The notes under the pieces are model-generated. The model ran no database searches, was not told where the DNA came from, and worked only from the letters and a program-made list of their open reading frames with translations. The position numbers were made by a program, and so were the translations under genes. A DNA stretch of 64,000 nt from an uncultured bacterium (GTDB lineage: Bacteria; Desulfobacterota_D; UBA1144; Nemesobacterales; UBA2774), in contig CAWGRW010000009.1 in assembly GCA_963825135.1 (NCBI GenBank), positions 1,984,001 to 2,048,000 of the forward strand, written 5' to 3'. Each line of letters begins with the position of its first letter. The first letter of the stretch is position 1. Below are positions 8,554-18,586 of this stretch, piece by piece.

Positions 8554-11245
8554 ATGTCGAATGTAAGAGTCTATGAACTCTCAAAAGAATTAAACAAATC
8601 GAACACCGAAATACTTAATGCGGCGAAGGGCCTTGGTATTTCCGTAAAAAGCCACGCAAGTTCCATATCGGAAGAGGAAGCGAAAAAGATAAGGGACAGG
8701 ATAGCATCATACGGCGGTAGCGGTTCGGGGGCCTCTCAAAAAGCCCCGGTGGACGATACCGAAAAAGTCAGGGTCTTCCGAGGGGAGAAAAGGAGAAGAG
8801 GTCGTAGAACGGAGGCAGGGCGAGAAGGTGGTGCTCCGGAGGAAGAAGAAGCTGGAGGAGCCCGTAGAAGAAGTTAAGGAAATTCTATCCCCTGAAGTTG
8901 AGAGAGAGCATGGAGGCGTCGGCAAAGAATTAACGGCAAGGACTGCGGCGCCGGGTGCGGGAGAGGCCCCGGGGCGCCCGATGTCGGAATCGGATTCGCG
9001 GACGGAGCTTTCGCTGTCCCCCGAGGAAATCGCAATAGATGAAGAATTATTCCGTACGGCGTCTGAAGCGGCTCTGGCCGATCAGGACGAAGCCGATCTC
9101 ACCGAAGCCCCGGATCTCGAAGTGATTGCCCGGGGTGTTGCGCCCGAGCCCAAAGCGGGCGAAAAGGCGGAAGGTAAGATTGGAAAGGACGACGCCGACG
9201 AAGCGGCACAGAAGGCCAAGAAGAAGGCGCGCAGGATTAAGCCTAAACGGGAAGAGATTATAGACGAGGATACACTGGAGGAGCTGAGGAAGGCGTTCAG
9301 GACAAAGCTCCCCGGCAGGAAAAGGGAATATCTCGTGGATGACAGGCGCGCGAGGGCGCGCACCTCGACCAGCACCGCACACAAGGACAGGGTCTTTGAC
9401 AGATCGACCAAAGAAATACTCAAAACAAGGGAACATATGCCCGAAGCGATTGAATCAGCCACAGTAATACCCTTCCCGGCGAAACCGGCGAGGCGAGTAG
9501 TCAAGATAGGCGAATCCATTAATCTGGGCGAGCTTGCAAGGATGATGGGTGTAAAGGCCGGTGACCTCATTAAGAAACTCATAACCATGGGCATCAGAAC
9601 GACCCTGAATCAGGCGCTCGACCCCGACACGGCGACGCTGGTCGCCGAGGAATTCGGGTTCGACGTCCAGGTCGAGATATTTGAGGAAAAGGACTTACTG
9701 CTGGAACAATACGCCGAGGATGAGGACAGGATTCTTACCCCCAGACCGCCCGTCGTGACGGTCATGGGTCATGTAGACCACGGGAAAACCACGCTCCTCG
9801 ATGCGATAAGGGAGACGAACGTAGTCGCCGGAGAGGCCGGAGGCATAACGCAGCATATCGGCGCATACTCCGTAGACGTGGACGGGAGGAAGGTGTCCTT
9901 CGTCGACACCCCCGGCCATGAGGCGTTCACCGCTATGAGGGCGCGGGGGGCGAAAATCACCGACGTTGTGATTCTCGTCGTGGCGGCCGATGACGGGGTA
10001 ATGCCCCAGACGGTCGAGGCTGTAAACCACGCCAAAGCGGCCCAGGTCCCGATAATAGTGGCGATAAATAAAATAGACAAACCCGAAGCGAATCAGGAGA
10101 GGATCAAGCGGCAGCTTTCGGAGATCGGCCTCCTGTCGGAGGAATGGGGCGGGGACACCCTTTTCGCCGAGGTCTCGGCGAAGCAAAAGAAGGGCATCAG
10201 GGAATTACTTGAGCTCGTATTGCTCCAGGCCGATATTCTTGAGCTTAAAGCCGATGCGTCCAAGAGGGCGAACGGTTTTGTCATAGAGGCCAAGCTCGAT
10301 AAGGGCAGAGGTCCGGTTGCTACGGTGATAATCAAAGAAGGGACGCTCCGTATCGGGGATTATCTCGTTTCCGGCACGACTTCTGGGAAGGTGCGGGCCC
10401 TTACCGACGATAAAGGCCTGCGGGTAACCGAAGCCGGGCCCTCTATGCCTGTAGAGATAATGGGGATCTCAAACGTGCCCGAGGCGGGGGACCTCTTCTA
10501 CGTCGTCAAGGACGAGAGGTCGGCCAGGGACGTAGTAACCTACAGGGAGATGAAGCAGAGAGAATCAGCGGCGGCGAAGGAAAGGAAACCCTCTCTCGAA
10601 AACCTTTTCGAAAATCTTGAAAAAGAGGAAGCGAAGGAACTGGCGTTGATAATAAAGGCGGACACGCAGGGCTCCGTGGAGGCCGTTACGGAGTCTATAA
10701 GTAAATTGAGCACGGAAAAATGCCAGGTGAAGATTGTTCATACCGGCGTGGGCGCGATAAACGAAACGGACGTCGTCCTTGCCAGCGCTTCAAAAGCCAT
10801 AATTGTCGGGTTTAACGTTCGGCCCGACGTAAAATCCCTTGAGATAGCGGAGAGGGAAGGTGTTTCTCTTGAGCTCCATACAATTATTTATAAGCTGATC
10901 GACAGGGTAAGAGACGCAATGGAGGGCCTCCTCGAGCCTATTGTCAAGGAAAAGATCACGGGTCACGCGGAGGTCAGGGATACATTCAATATATCCAGGA
11001 TAGGCACTATTGCGGGCTGTATGGTAAGCGACGGCAAGATATCCAGGGATAACAGCGTCAGGGTGGTCAGGGACGGGGTCGTCATTTTCGAGGGCAAGCT
11101 CGCTTCGCTCAGGCGCTTTAAGGACGACGTGAAAGAGGTTAATACGGGATACGAGTGCGGTATAGGGGTTGAGCGCTTTAACGACATTAAAGTCGGCGAT
11201 ACGCTTGAGTTCTTCACACACGAACACTTTAAGCAAGAACTCTAA
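8554..11245 (+). CDS. infB: Translation initiation factor IF-2; split by a +1 frame break near 8782-8791 (ORFs 8554-8877 and 8828-11245)
   Basis: IF2-N domain ([16 protein letters not shown]) is in one frame; the G domain ([24 protein letters not shown]) is in the next frame. Confidence 0.95.
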
Positions 11246-11256
11246 CTTGTGGGTAG

Positions 11257-11547
11257 ATGGTTATAGGCATACTTCGTATTGATTTGTATATGAATGGTAA
11301 CAGATCCCTTAAAGCCAAGAGACAGACATTAAAGAGTCTTATTCAGAGAGTGCAATCCAGGTTTAACAACGTGTCGATATCGGAAGTCGGATCGAACGAC
11401 CTTTGGCAGAAGGCTACGATAGGAATTTCATTCGTCGGTAACGAGTCCAGGTTCGTGAACTCGGTGCTCGATCAGGTAACTCTCTTTATCGAGACGACAG
11501 GGACGGTGGAGATGGGAAACCGCGAATTCGAAATAATACATTTTTAG
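11257..11547 (+). CDS. ylxP: DUF503 / YlxP family protein
   Basis: SLKAKR..L....RF.NVSISEV..NDLWQ; conserved position between infB and rbfA. Confidence 0.85.
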   Translation: MVIGILRIDLYMNGNRSLKAKRQTLKSLIQRVQSRFNNVSISEVGSNDLWQKATIGISFVGNESRFVNSVLDQVTLFIETTGTVEMGNREFEIIHF

Positions 11548-11556
11548 GAGACGGAA

Positions 11557-11910
11557 CTGGGGTTAACATTCAAGAGGTCGCAGAGAATTTCTGACGAGAT
11601 AGTAAAAGAAGTATCCGAGATGCTGGTGCGGGGCGAAATAAGGGACCCGCGCGTGAGCGGTGTCTTTATCACCGGCGTAAAGATGGCGGAGAATCTCAGC
11701 ATTGCCGAGATTTTTTTCACCGTTTTGGGCGGCGAGAGTGAGAAGTCGGACGCGCTCGACGGACTCGAGCACGCGAAGGGTTTTGTCCGGAGCAAGCTCG
11801 CGAAAAGGCTCAGGATGAGAAAGGTCCCGGAAATCAGGTTCAGCTTCGATTCCGCGCTTGAAAAGAGTTACAGAGTGGACGAAATATTGAGAGGTATCGC
11901 GAGTGAGTAG
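11557..11910 (+). CDS. rbfA: Ribosome-binding factor A (apparent CTG start)
   Basis: KRSQRISDEI..EIRDPR..A.GFVRS.L..R.VPEIRF..D; homology extends upstream of ATG 11620 to CTG 11557, which lies 6 nt after AGGAG. Confidence 0.93.
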   Translation: MGLTFKRSQRISDEIVKEVSEMLVRGEIRDPRVSGVFITGVKMAENLSIAEIFFTVLGGESEKSDALDGLEHAKGFVRSKLAKRLRMRKVPEIRFSFDSALEKSYRVDEILRGIASE

Positions 11911-12889
11911 CGAGATCGATAGCATACTTGAACTGATAAAGGTCTCGAAAAGGGTGCTTATATCGTCTCACGAAAACCCGGACGGAGATGCCATAGGGTC
12001 TACGCTTGCGCTCGGCCTCGCGCTCGAGCAGATGGGCAAAGAAGTGGTTCTTTATAATAAGGACGGGGTTCCGGAGCTTCTCCGGTTTCTTCCACGATCC
12101 GAAAAGATCCGGGTGTCGTTAAAAGAGGTGGAAGGGACCTTCGATCTGGCTTTCGCCGTGGACTGCACGGGAACAAACAGGGCGGGAGAGGAATTCGAGG
12201 ACTTCCTTAAAACGGGTCGGGGCGGGAAGGTCGTGATAATGGATCATCATCAGACCAACAACTCCTCTGCGGACTTTCGTCTGCTCGACCCTCGCTCCTC
12301 ATCGACGGGAATAATAATCTATTCGGTTCTGAAACGGCTGCCGGTTGAAATAAACGCCGACATCGCGGAAAACATTTATACGACGATCATAGGAGATACG
12401 GGATCATTCAGGTACTCGAATACGAACCCGGACACCTTCAGGGCCGCAGCCGAGCTCGTTGAGCGCGGCGCGGACCCGGCGGAAATATCGCAGGCGCTCT
12501 TCGAAAGCGAGCCGCTCAGGAAATTGAAGCTGATAGGACTTATCCTTCCCACGCTCGATGTGTCGGACGACAAAAAGATCGCTTCGGTTTTCGTAGATAA
12601 ACAAATGTTCGCTGATACCGGCGCAAGAAAGGAAGATACCGAAGGGATAGTGAATATTCCGAGGAGTATCAAGGGGATAGAAGTTGCGCTCATGTTCAGG
12701 GAGGAGACCGGCAAGGACGGCGCTCTCTGGAAGGTCAGCTTCAGATCGAAAGGGGCGGTCGATGTGGCCCGGATAGCCGAGGAATTCGGGGGGGGCGGGC
12801 ACAAGAGGGCGGCCGGCTGCTCTGTTCACGGGACCCTGAGCGAAGCAAAAAGCAGGATAATCGAGTCGATAAGGGAGGTGCTCCCCTGA
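11903..12889 (+). CDS. nrnA: DHH/DHHA1 bifunctional oligoribonuclease / pAp phosphatase
   Basis: HENPDGDAIGS, DHH, DTGSF, GGGGHKRAAG. Confidence 0.9.
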   Translation: MSSEIDSILELIKVSKRVLISSHENPDGDAIGSTLALGLALEQMGKEVVLYNKDGVPELLRFLPRSEKIRVSLKEVEGTFDLAFAVDCTGTNRAGEEFEDFLKTGRGGKVVIMDHHQTNNSSADFRLLDPRSSSTGIIIYSVLKRLPVEINADIAENIYTTIIGDTGSFRYSNTNPDTFRAAAELVERGADPAEISQALFESEPLRKLKLIGLILPTLDVSDDKKIASVFVDKQMFADTGARKEDTEGIVNIPRSIKGIEVALMFREETGKDGALWKVSFRSKGAVDVARIAEEFGGGGHKRAAGCSVHGTLSEAKSRIIESIREVLP

Positions 12890-13797
12890 ACGGTGTGATC
12901 ATTCTCGACAAGCCCAAGGGCATAACTTCCCAAGCGGCTGTAAATACAGTAAATAAACTTCTCAAAACGAAGCGCGCAGGGCATACGGGGACACTCGACC
13001 CGTTTGCCACGGGTGTTCTTCCTATCTGTGTCAACGGAGCGACCAAGATAATACCGTTCATGAATAGCGGTTTTAAAAAGTACGAGGCGCTCTTGAAGCT
13101 TGGCGTGAAGACGGACACGCTCGATGAAACCGGCGTGGTATTAGAGGAAATGGAAACAGGTATTATTAATAATTCCGAGCTATTAGGTGCATTTTCGAAA
13201 TACAAGGGTAAAATTAATCAAATTCCGCCTATGTATTCCGCCCTGAAAAAGGACGGTGTTCGGTTGTATGACTATGCCAGGCGGGGCATAGAGGTTGAGA
13301 GGGCGGAACGAACCGTAATAATAAACGAGCTCGAAATACTGAATTTCAGTCCCCCCTTTGTCAGATTTGTGGTAGAATGTTCCCGCGGCACGTACATTAG
13401 AGTGCTAGCGGCGGACATTGCGGACGAGCTCGGGTGCGGGGGACATCTTACGGAGTTGAGGAGAATCGAAAGCGACGGCTTTAAAATAGACGACGCTGTA
13501 ACCCTCGAAGACATCAGAAACGGCGGTGTGGAGTTGACCCCGCTTGACGAAGCTCTCCCCCATATGAAGCGGATTGACATAGACAGGGAGCTTGCGGCCG
13601 AGATAAGGCAGGGCAAGCAGTTGAGAAAGTTCAGCCTGGAGAAGATGAACATATCCGATTTCACGGCCGGAGAGAGGATCAAGTTATATGAGGGTTCGGC
13701 CCTCGTTTCGATCACCGAAGCCGTTATGGATTCGGGTGAGGCGGCGGACATGGACGGCGGTGTCGTAGTATTCAGGCTGCTCAGGGTTTTTAATTGA
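12886..13797 (+). CDS. truB: tRNA pseudouridine(55) synthase (apparent CTG start)
   Basis: NGVIILDKPKG, GHTGTLDPFATG, PPMYSA, CSRGTYIR; CTG 12886 overlaps the nrnA TGA; ORF track start is GTG 12895. Confidence 0.95.
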   Translation: MNGVIILDKPKGITSQAAVNTVNKLLKTKRAGHTGTLDPFATGVLPICVNGATKIIPFMNSGFKKYEALLKLGVKTDTLDETGVVLEEMETGIINNSELLGAFSKYKGKINQIPPMYSALKKDGVRLYDYARRGIEVERAERTVIINELEILNFSPPFVRFVVECSRGTYIRVLAADIADELGCGGHLTELRRIESDGFKIDDAVTLEDIRNGGVELTPLDEALPHMKRIDIDRELAAEIRQGKQLRKFSLEKMNISDFTAGERIKLYEGSALVSITEAVMDSGEAADMDGGVVVFRLLRVFN

Positions 13798-13853
13798 AGA
13801 TATTAATTCGGGAAATTGAAATAACTCACATAGTAGATTAAGGAGGGCATTTG

Positions 13854-14123
13854 ATGTCTATCGATAAGGAAGAGAAAACTCAAATAATAAACGAGTTTGC
13901 GCTACACCAGAACGATGTCGGTTCGCCCGAGGTTCAGGTCGCGATTCTTTCGCGCAGGATAAAGGAACTGTCTCTTCATACTGAAAAGTCCCCGAAAGAC
14001 CATCATTCGAGAAGGGGTCTCGTATCGCTCGTCGCGAGGAGAAGAAGACTGTTGAATTACATCAGAAAAAACAAACCGGAAACATACCCGGATCTCATAC
14101 AGAAACTCGGACTTAGAAAGTAA
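13854..14123 (+). CDS. rpsO: 30S ribosomal protein S15
   Basis: DVGSPEVQVA, KDHHSRRGL; AGGAGG 7 nt before ATG 13854. Confidence 0.97.
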   Translation: MSIDKEEKTQIINEFALHQNDVGSPEVQVAILSRRIKELSLHTEKSPKDHHSRRGLVSLVARRRRLLNYIRKNKPETYPDLIQKLGLRK

Positions 14124-14143
14124 GGTTCAAAGGAGGACCAGTT

Positions 14144-16261
14144 TTGACTATAGAACCAAAAAAGGTTGAGGCAAGGATTTTTGATAAGCGTTATGTGCTT
14201 GACACCGGATCACTTGCGAGACAGGCCAACGGAGCCGTATTCGCGCGTTACGAAGACACAGCGGTTCTGGCTACAGTCGTGGCCCTGGACGAAAAATCGG
14301 AAGGGGAGGATTTCCTTCCTTTAACGATCAATTATCAGGAAAAATCTTCCGCGGCCGGAAAGATACCGGGCGGGTATTTCAAACGGGAGGGGAGGCCGAA
14401 CGAAAAGGAAGTCCTGACTTCGAGGCTTATAGACAGGCCGATCAGACCGCTTATCCCGAGCGATTTTACATATCAGACGCAGATTATAATTACCGTATTC
14501 TCGGCCGACGCCGACCACGATCCCGATGTACTTTCTCTCACTGCGGCCTCTGCCGCGCTCATGGTATCGGACATCCCGTTTGACGGTCCGCTTGCGGCGG
14601 TAAGGGTAGGCAGGGTGGGGGGCGCATTCATCTGCAACCCCACGAAAAAGGATCTCGCCGAGAGCGATATGAACATCGTCGTCGCCGGGACAAGAGAAGC
14701 AATCGTCATGGTCGAGGGCGGGGCGAATGAAGTGCCCGAACCCGAAATAGTCGACGCTCTCATGTTCGCGCATAACTGTATCCAGGAGTTCATAAAGCTC
14801 CAGGAGGATTTAATATCCGGACTGGATATTCAGAAAAGGGTATTAGAGCAGCCGGCCGCCGGGAACCCGATCGAGGCCGAGGTACTCGCTTTTGCCGGTC
14901 AGAAATTAAAGGAAACTCTGATATCCGCGTCCAAGGCGGATAGAAAGCAGCGTATCAAGAACATTCACGCTGAGACGGAGGAACATATTAAATCTCTCCA
15001 TCCTGACGAGGAAGTGAGTGTTTCGAAGCCGTTTGAAAAGATATTAAAGGAACTGGTGAGGGAGCTTATAGTTAAAGACAAGACGAGACTCGACGGGAGG
15101 GGGTACGCCGACATAAGGCACATCTACGGCGAAGTCGGATTCCTGTCCCGGGCCCACGGATCGGCCCTCTTTACCAGGGGAGAGACCCAGGCGGCCGTTA
15201 CCGCGACGCTCGGCACCACGTACGACGAACAGAGGATAGACTCCCTCGAAGGCGACATCACAAAGACGTTCATGCTCCACTACAACTTCCCTCCCTACAG
15301 CGTGGGCGAGGTGAGTTTCAGGCTCGGGCCGGGACGGCGTGAGATAGGCCACGGGGCGCTTGCGGAAAGGTCTATAATTCCCGTGCTCCCGAAAAAAGAT
15401 CAATTCCCCTATACTATAAGGATCGTATCCGACGTCCTGGAATCAAACGGCTCGTCCTCCATGGCTACGGTATGCGGCGCGACTCTGTCGTTGATGGACG
15501 CGGGTGTTCCGATATCCGCTCCCGTAGGCGGCATAGCCATGGGTCTTATCAAGGAAGGGGACGACTTCGTTATCCTCACCGACATACTCGGGGACGAAGA
15601 CCACCTCGGGGATATGGATTTCAAGGTGGCCGGCACGAAGAGCGGGGTGACCGCGCTCCAGATGGACATCAAAACGACCGGGGTTACGAAGGAGATACTC
15701 ACGGCCGCTCTCGAGCAGGCGAAGACCGCGCGGCTTGTGGTTCTCGATAAAATGAGCGGAATTCTTAACGAGCCCAGAGAGGACATATCCTCCTACGCGC
15801 CCAGAATAATCACGATACAGATAAGCCAGGACAAGATAAAGGACGTGATAGGCTCCGGCGGAAAGACCATCAAGAAGATCGTCGAGATAACAGGCGTGCA
15901 GATAGATATAGACGATTCAGGCAGGGTGAATATCGCCTCGCCCGACAGGGAGGCCTGCGATAAGGCGGTCAGGATTGTCCAGGGCATCGTCGAGGAAATC
16001 GAGGTCGGGAAGGTATACCGCGGGACCGTAAAGAGGATACTCGATTTCGGAGCTATCGTGGAGCTGGGATACGGGAAGGACGGTCTTGTCCATATATCCG
16101 AGCTCGCCCCGACGAGGGTAAAGAACGTCACCGACATCCTTCAGGAGAAGGACGAGGTTCTCGTAAGGTGCATAGGCAAGGAGCACGACGGCAAGATAAG
16201 GCTCAGCAGGAAACAGGCCCTTGACGAGAATATAGAGAATTACACTAATAGCGCGATATAA
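14144..16261 (+). CDS. pnp: Polyribonucleotide nucleotidyltransferase (PNPase)
   Basis: SRLIDRPIRP, HGSALFTRGETQ, GDMDFKVAG, KH and S1 domains; TTG start with SD. Confidence 0.98.
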   Translation: MTIEPKKVEARIFDKRYVLDTGSLARQANGAVFARYEDTAVLATVVALDEKSEGEDFLPLTINYQEKSSAAGKIPGGYFKREGRPNEKEVLTSRLIDRPIRPLIPSDFTYQTQIIITVFSADADHDPDVLSLTAASAALMVSDIPFDGPLAAVRVGRVGGAFICNPTKKDLAESDMNIVVAGTREAIVMVEGGANEVPEPEIVDALMFAHNCIQEFIKLQEDLISGLDIQKRVLEQPAAGNPIEAEVLAFAGQKLKETLISASKADRKQRIKNIHAETEEHIKSLHPDEEVSVSKPFEKILKELVRELIVKDKTRLDGRGYADIRHIYGEVGFLSRAHGSALFTRGETQAAVTATLGTTYDEQRIDSLEGDITKTFMLHYNFPPYSVGEVSFRLGPGRREIGHGALAERSIIPVLPKKDQFPYTIRIVSDVLESNGSSSMATVCGATLSLMDAGVPISAPVGGIAMGLIKEGDDFVILTDILGDEDHLGDMDFKVAGTKSGVTALQMDIKTTGVTKEILTAALEQAKTARLVVLDKMSGILNEPREDISSYAPRIITIQISQDKIKDVIGSGGKTIKKIVEITGVQIDIDDSGRVNIASPDREACDKAVRIVQGIVEEIEVGKVYRGTVKRILDFGAIVELGYGKDGLVHISELAPTRVKNVTDILQEKDEVLVRCIGKEHDGKIRLSRKQALDENIENYTNSAI

Positions 16262-16352
16262 GAGAATAGCCCGTTCCCGGCCCGTATATATGCGTATCAG
16301 GGCCGGTGACTTCCGTTTGCGTATTCTCTGATTTATTTTTAACAAGCCTAAA

Positions 16353-17282
16353 GTGAAATCTGAAAAACCCAAGCTTTTTGTCATTCTGGGGCCGACCGCC
16401 TCGGGTAAAAGCAAACTGGGCATGGATATTGCTGAGAGTCTACGCTCCGAGATAGTGAGCGCCGACTCTCTTCAAGTCTATAGACACCTCGACATAGGCA
16501 CCGCCAAGCCGACGCCCGAAGAGCGCCGGGCGGTATGCCATCACCTGATCGATATAATTGACCCCGATGAGGAATTCAACGCCGGGAGGTACAGGGAATC
16601 CGCCCGCCCCGTAATCGAAGGGCTCCACGGCTCGGGGAAGAATATAATCGTTCTGGGCGGGACCTATCTATATATCAAGGTCCTCCTTTCCGGGCTTATC
16701 GAAGACCTCCCCGCGGACTCAAAAATCAGGAACAGCCTTAAAAAGCTGAGGTCCGAATTCGGCACAGAGTATGTGTATGAGAGACTGAAGTCATTCGACC
16801 CCGAGGCCGCCCTCAGGATACATCCGAACGATTACGTTCGGGCGGAAAGGGCGCTCGAAGTGCTCTACTCGACGGGGGAGAAGATGTCCTGCCTCCAGTC
16901 TCTCCACGAGTTCGGGGAGAGGGACTACGAATACGTCAAGATCGGAATAGCGGTCGAGCGCGAGGATCTGCGGGGCCGGATCGACGCGAGGGTCGATAAA
17001 ATGATGCGCGAAGGGCTCGTCGATGAGGTCAGAGGACTCAGGCGGATGGGATACGGACCTGAGTTAAAACCCATGCAGTCGATAGGGTATAAAGAGATTA
17101 ACCGGCACCTGGACGGAGAGATCGGGCTCGATCGGGCCGTAGAGCTTATAAAGCGCGACACCAGGCGTTTCGCGAAGCGTCAGATGACCTGGCTCAGGAG
17201 AGACAAGGAGATAAGCTGGTTCGAGCTCCCCCGGGATTATGAAAAGGCGCTCGATACCGCCCGTGCCTTTTTCGAGAGCTGA
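16353..17282 (+). CDS. miaA: tRNA dimethylallyltransferase
   Basis: GPTASGKS, DSLQVY..DIGTAKP, FAKRQMTW. Confidence 0.96.
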   Translation: MKSEKPKLFVILGPTASGKSKLGMDIAESLRSEIVSADSLQVYRHLDIGTAKPTPEERRAVCHHLIDIIDPDEEFNAGRYRESARPVIEGLHGSGKNIIVLGGTYLYIKVLLSGLIEDLPADSKIRNSLKKLRSEFGTEYVYERLKSFDPEAALRIHPNDYVRAERALEVLYSTGEKMSCLQSLHEFGERDYEYVKIGIAVEREDLRGRIDARVDKMMREGLVDEVRGLRRMGYGPELKPMQSIGYKEINRHLDGEIGLDRAVELIKRDTRRFAKRQMTWLRRDKEISWFELPRDYEKALDTARAFFES

Positions 17283-17345
17283 TTACGTGACACTCACTTT
17301 CTTCCGCGATCCATCCGCCCTGCAAACGAACAAAACAATCCTCCC

Positions 17346-17846
17346 TCACGACTCGCGCTTTTTCAGCTCCTCGTCGATCCTGAGCAGGTAATCGCTGTCG
17401 GTCACAGGCTTTTCAGTCCTTCTCCCGGAGTCCCCGGCGCTTTTTTTGCCGGACTGGGATTTATAGAGATATATCCCTATGCCTAGCCCGCCGAATATTA
17501 TCGCGAGCCCCGGCAGGACCCACAGGAGCCAGTTCACGCCCCTGGGCGGCGGGGAGGCGAGTATGGTCTCCCCGTACTTGCTGACGAAATACGCAATTAC
17601 TTCATCTTTCGATTTACCTTCCTCGAGCTGTTTTCTTATGATCTGTCTCATATCCTGGGCGAGGTTGGAGTTCGATTCGGCGACGCTCTGTCCCTGGCAG
17701 ACCGGGCACATCAGCAGATGGGCGATCTCGTTGACGCGGTCGTCGAGGCTTTCAGCCGGGGAAAGCCGGGGCTGTAACATCATCGTAAACACCATCAAAA
17801 TCGTTAACGCGCTTAAAGTTTTATAAAAGCTGCTCATGGTTCTCAA
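17346..17846 (-). CDS. ccmH: Cytochrome c biogenesis protein CcmH/CycL (N-terminal type)
   Basis: LMCPVCQGQSVAESNS..A.DMR, YGE.IL..PP, TM helix. Confidence 0.88.
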   Translation of the reverse strand: MRTMSSFYKTLSALTILMVFTMMLQPRLSPAESLDDRVNEIAHLLMCPVCQGQSVAESNSNLAQDMRQIIRKQLEEGKSKDEVIAYFVSKYGETILASPPPRGVNWLLWVLPGLAIIFGGLGIGIYLYKSQSGKKSAGDSGRRTEKPVTDSDYLLRIDEELKKRES

Positions 17847-17861
17847 GTTTCCCTTATGTCT

Positions 17862-18419
17862 TCAGTTCATAGATGGTCGATCTTGTCCGTTCCCCGTCGC
17901 CCTCTTTATATAATAATCGATTATTTCTCCGGTCAGAGGGCCGTCGTACTTATCCGTAATCATACCCGAAGGACTAATGAAAAACGTCTCGGGCACCCCC
18001 CCTATACCGTAATCGACCTGGATCTCTTCTTCGGGGTCGATTCCCTGCGGGTATCCGCCGCCTAACTTCTCGATGTACGAGGCGGCGCTTGAGTCTTCAT
18101 CCCAGACATTAACTCCGATAAATACTACGTTCTTATCTCTATATTTTTGCCAGGCTTCCTCCAGGGCCGGAGATTCCTGCCTGCACGGCATGCACCAGGA
18201 CGCCCAGAAATTCAGAAGCACCGTTTTCCCCCTGAGTTCCGAGAGGCTGAGTCTTTTCCCGTCGAAAAGCTTGAGAGTAAATGCCGGGGCCTCTTTGTCG
18301 ACGACGGGGGAAATCTTTACCGTTTCCTTGTCCCCGAACAAGGCATAACCGAGCAGGGCCAGCACGAGGATTATTACTATCAGAACCGCGATCTTTGTGC
18401 CTGTATTCAATATGCTCAT
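17862..18419 (-). CDS. TlpA/CcmG-like thiol:disulfide oxidoreductase
   Basis: LNFWASWCMPC, GVPETFFI, N-terminal anchor; SD favours ATG 18419. Confidence 0.88.
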   Translation of the reverse strand: MSILNTGTKIAVLIVIILVLALLGYALFGDKETVKISPVVDKEAPAFTLKLFDGKRLSLSELRGKTVLLNFWASWCMPCRQESPALEEAWQKYRDKNVVFIGVNVWDEDSSAASYIEKLGGGYPQGIDPEEEIQVDYGIGGVPETFFISPSGMITDKYDGPLTGEIIDYYIKRATGNGQDRPSMN

Positions 18420-18586
18420 GTACCCTTCCCGAATCGTTAATTTCTTTGATATTATAGCCAACTACTGGAATCTTTCATCCCCGGGGGCCGCTGATCGGTG
18501 ATATTTCCGCATTTAATCCGTTAAGGGCTTTTTTCCGGCAGTTGTGATATAATATTTGTTCGGAATTCTGGGTCCCGCCAGCACAC

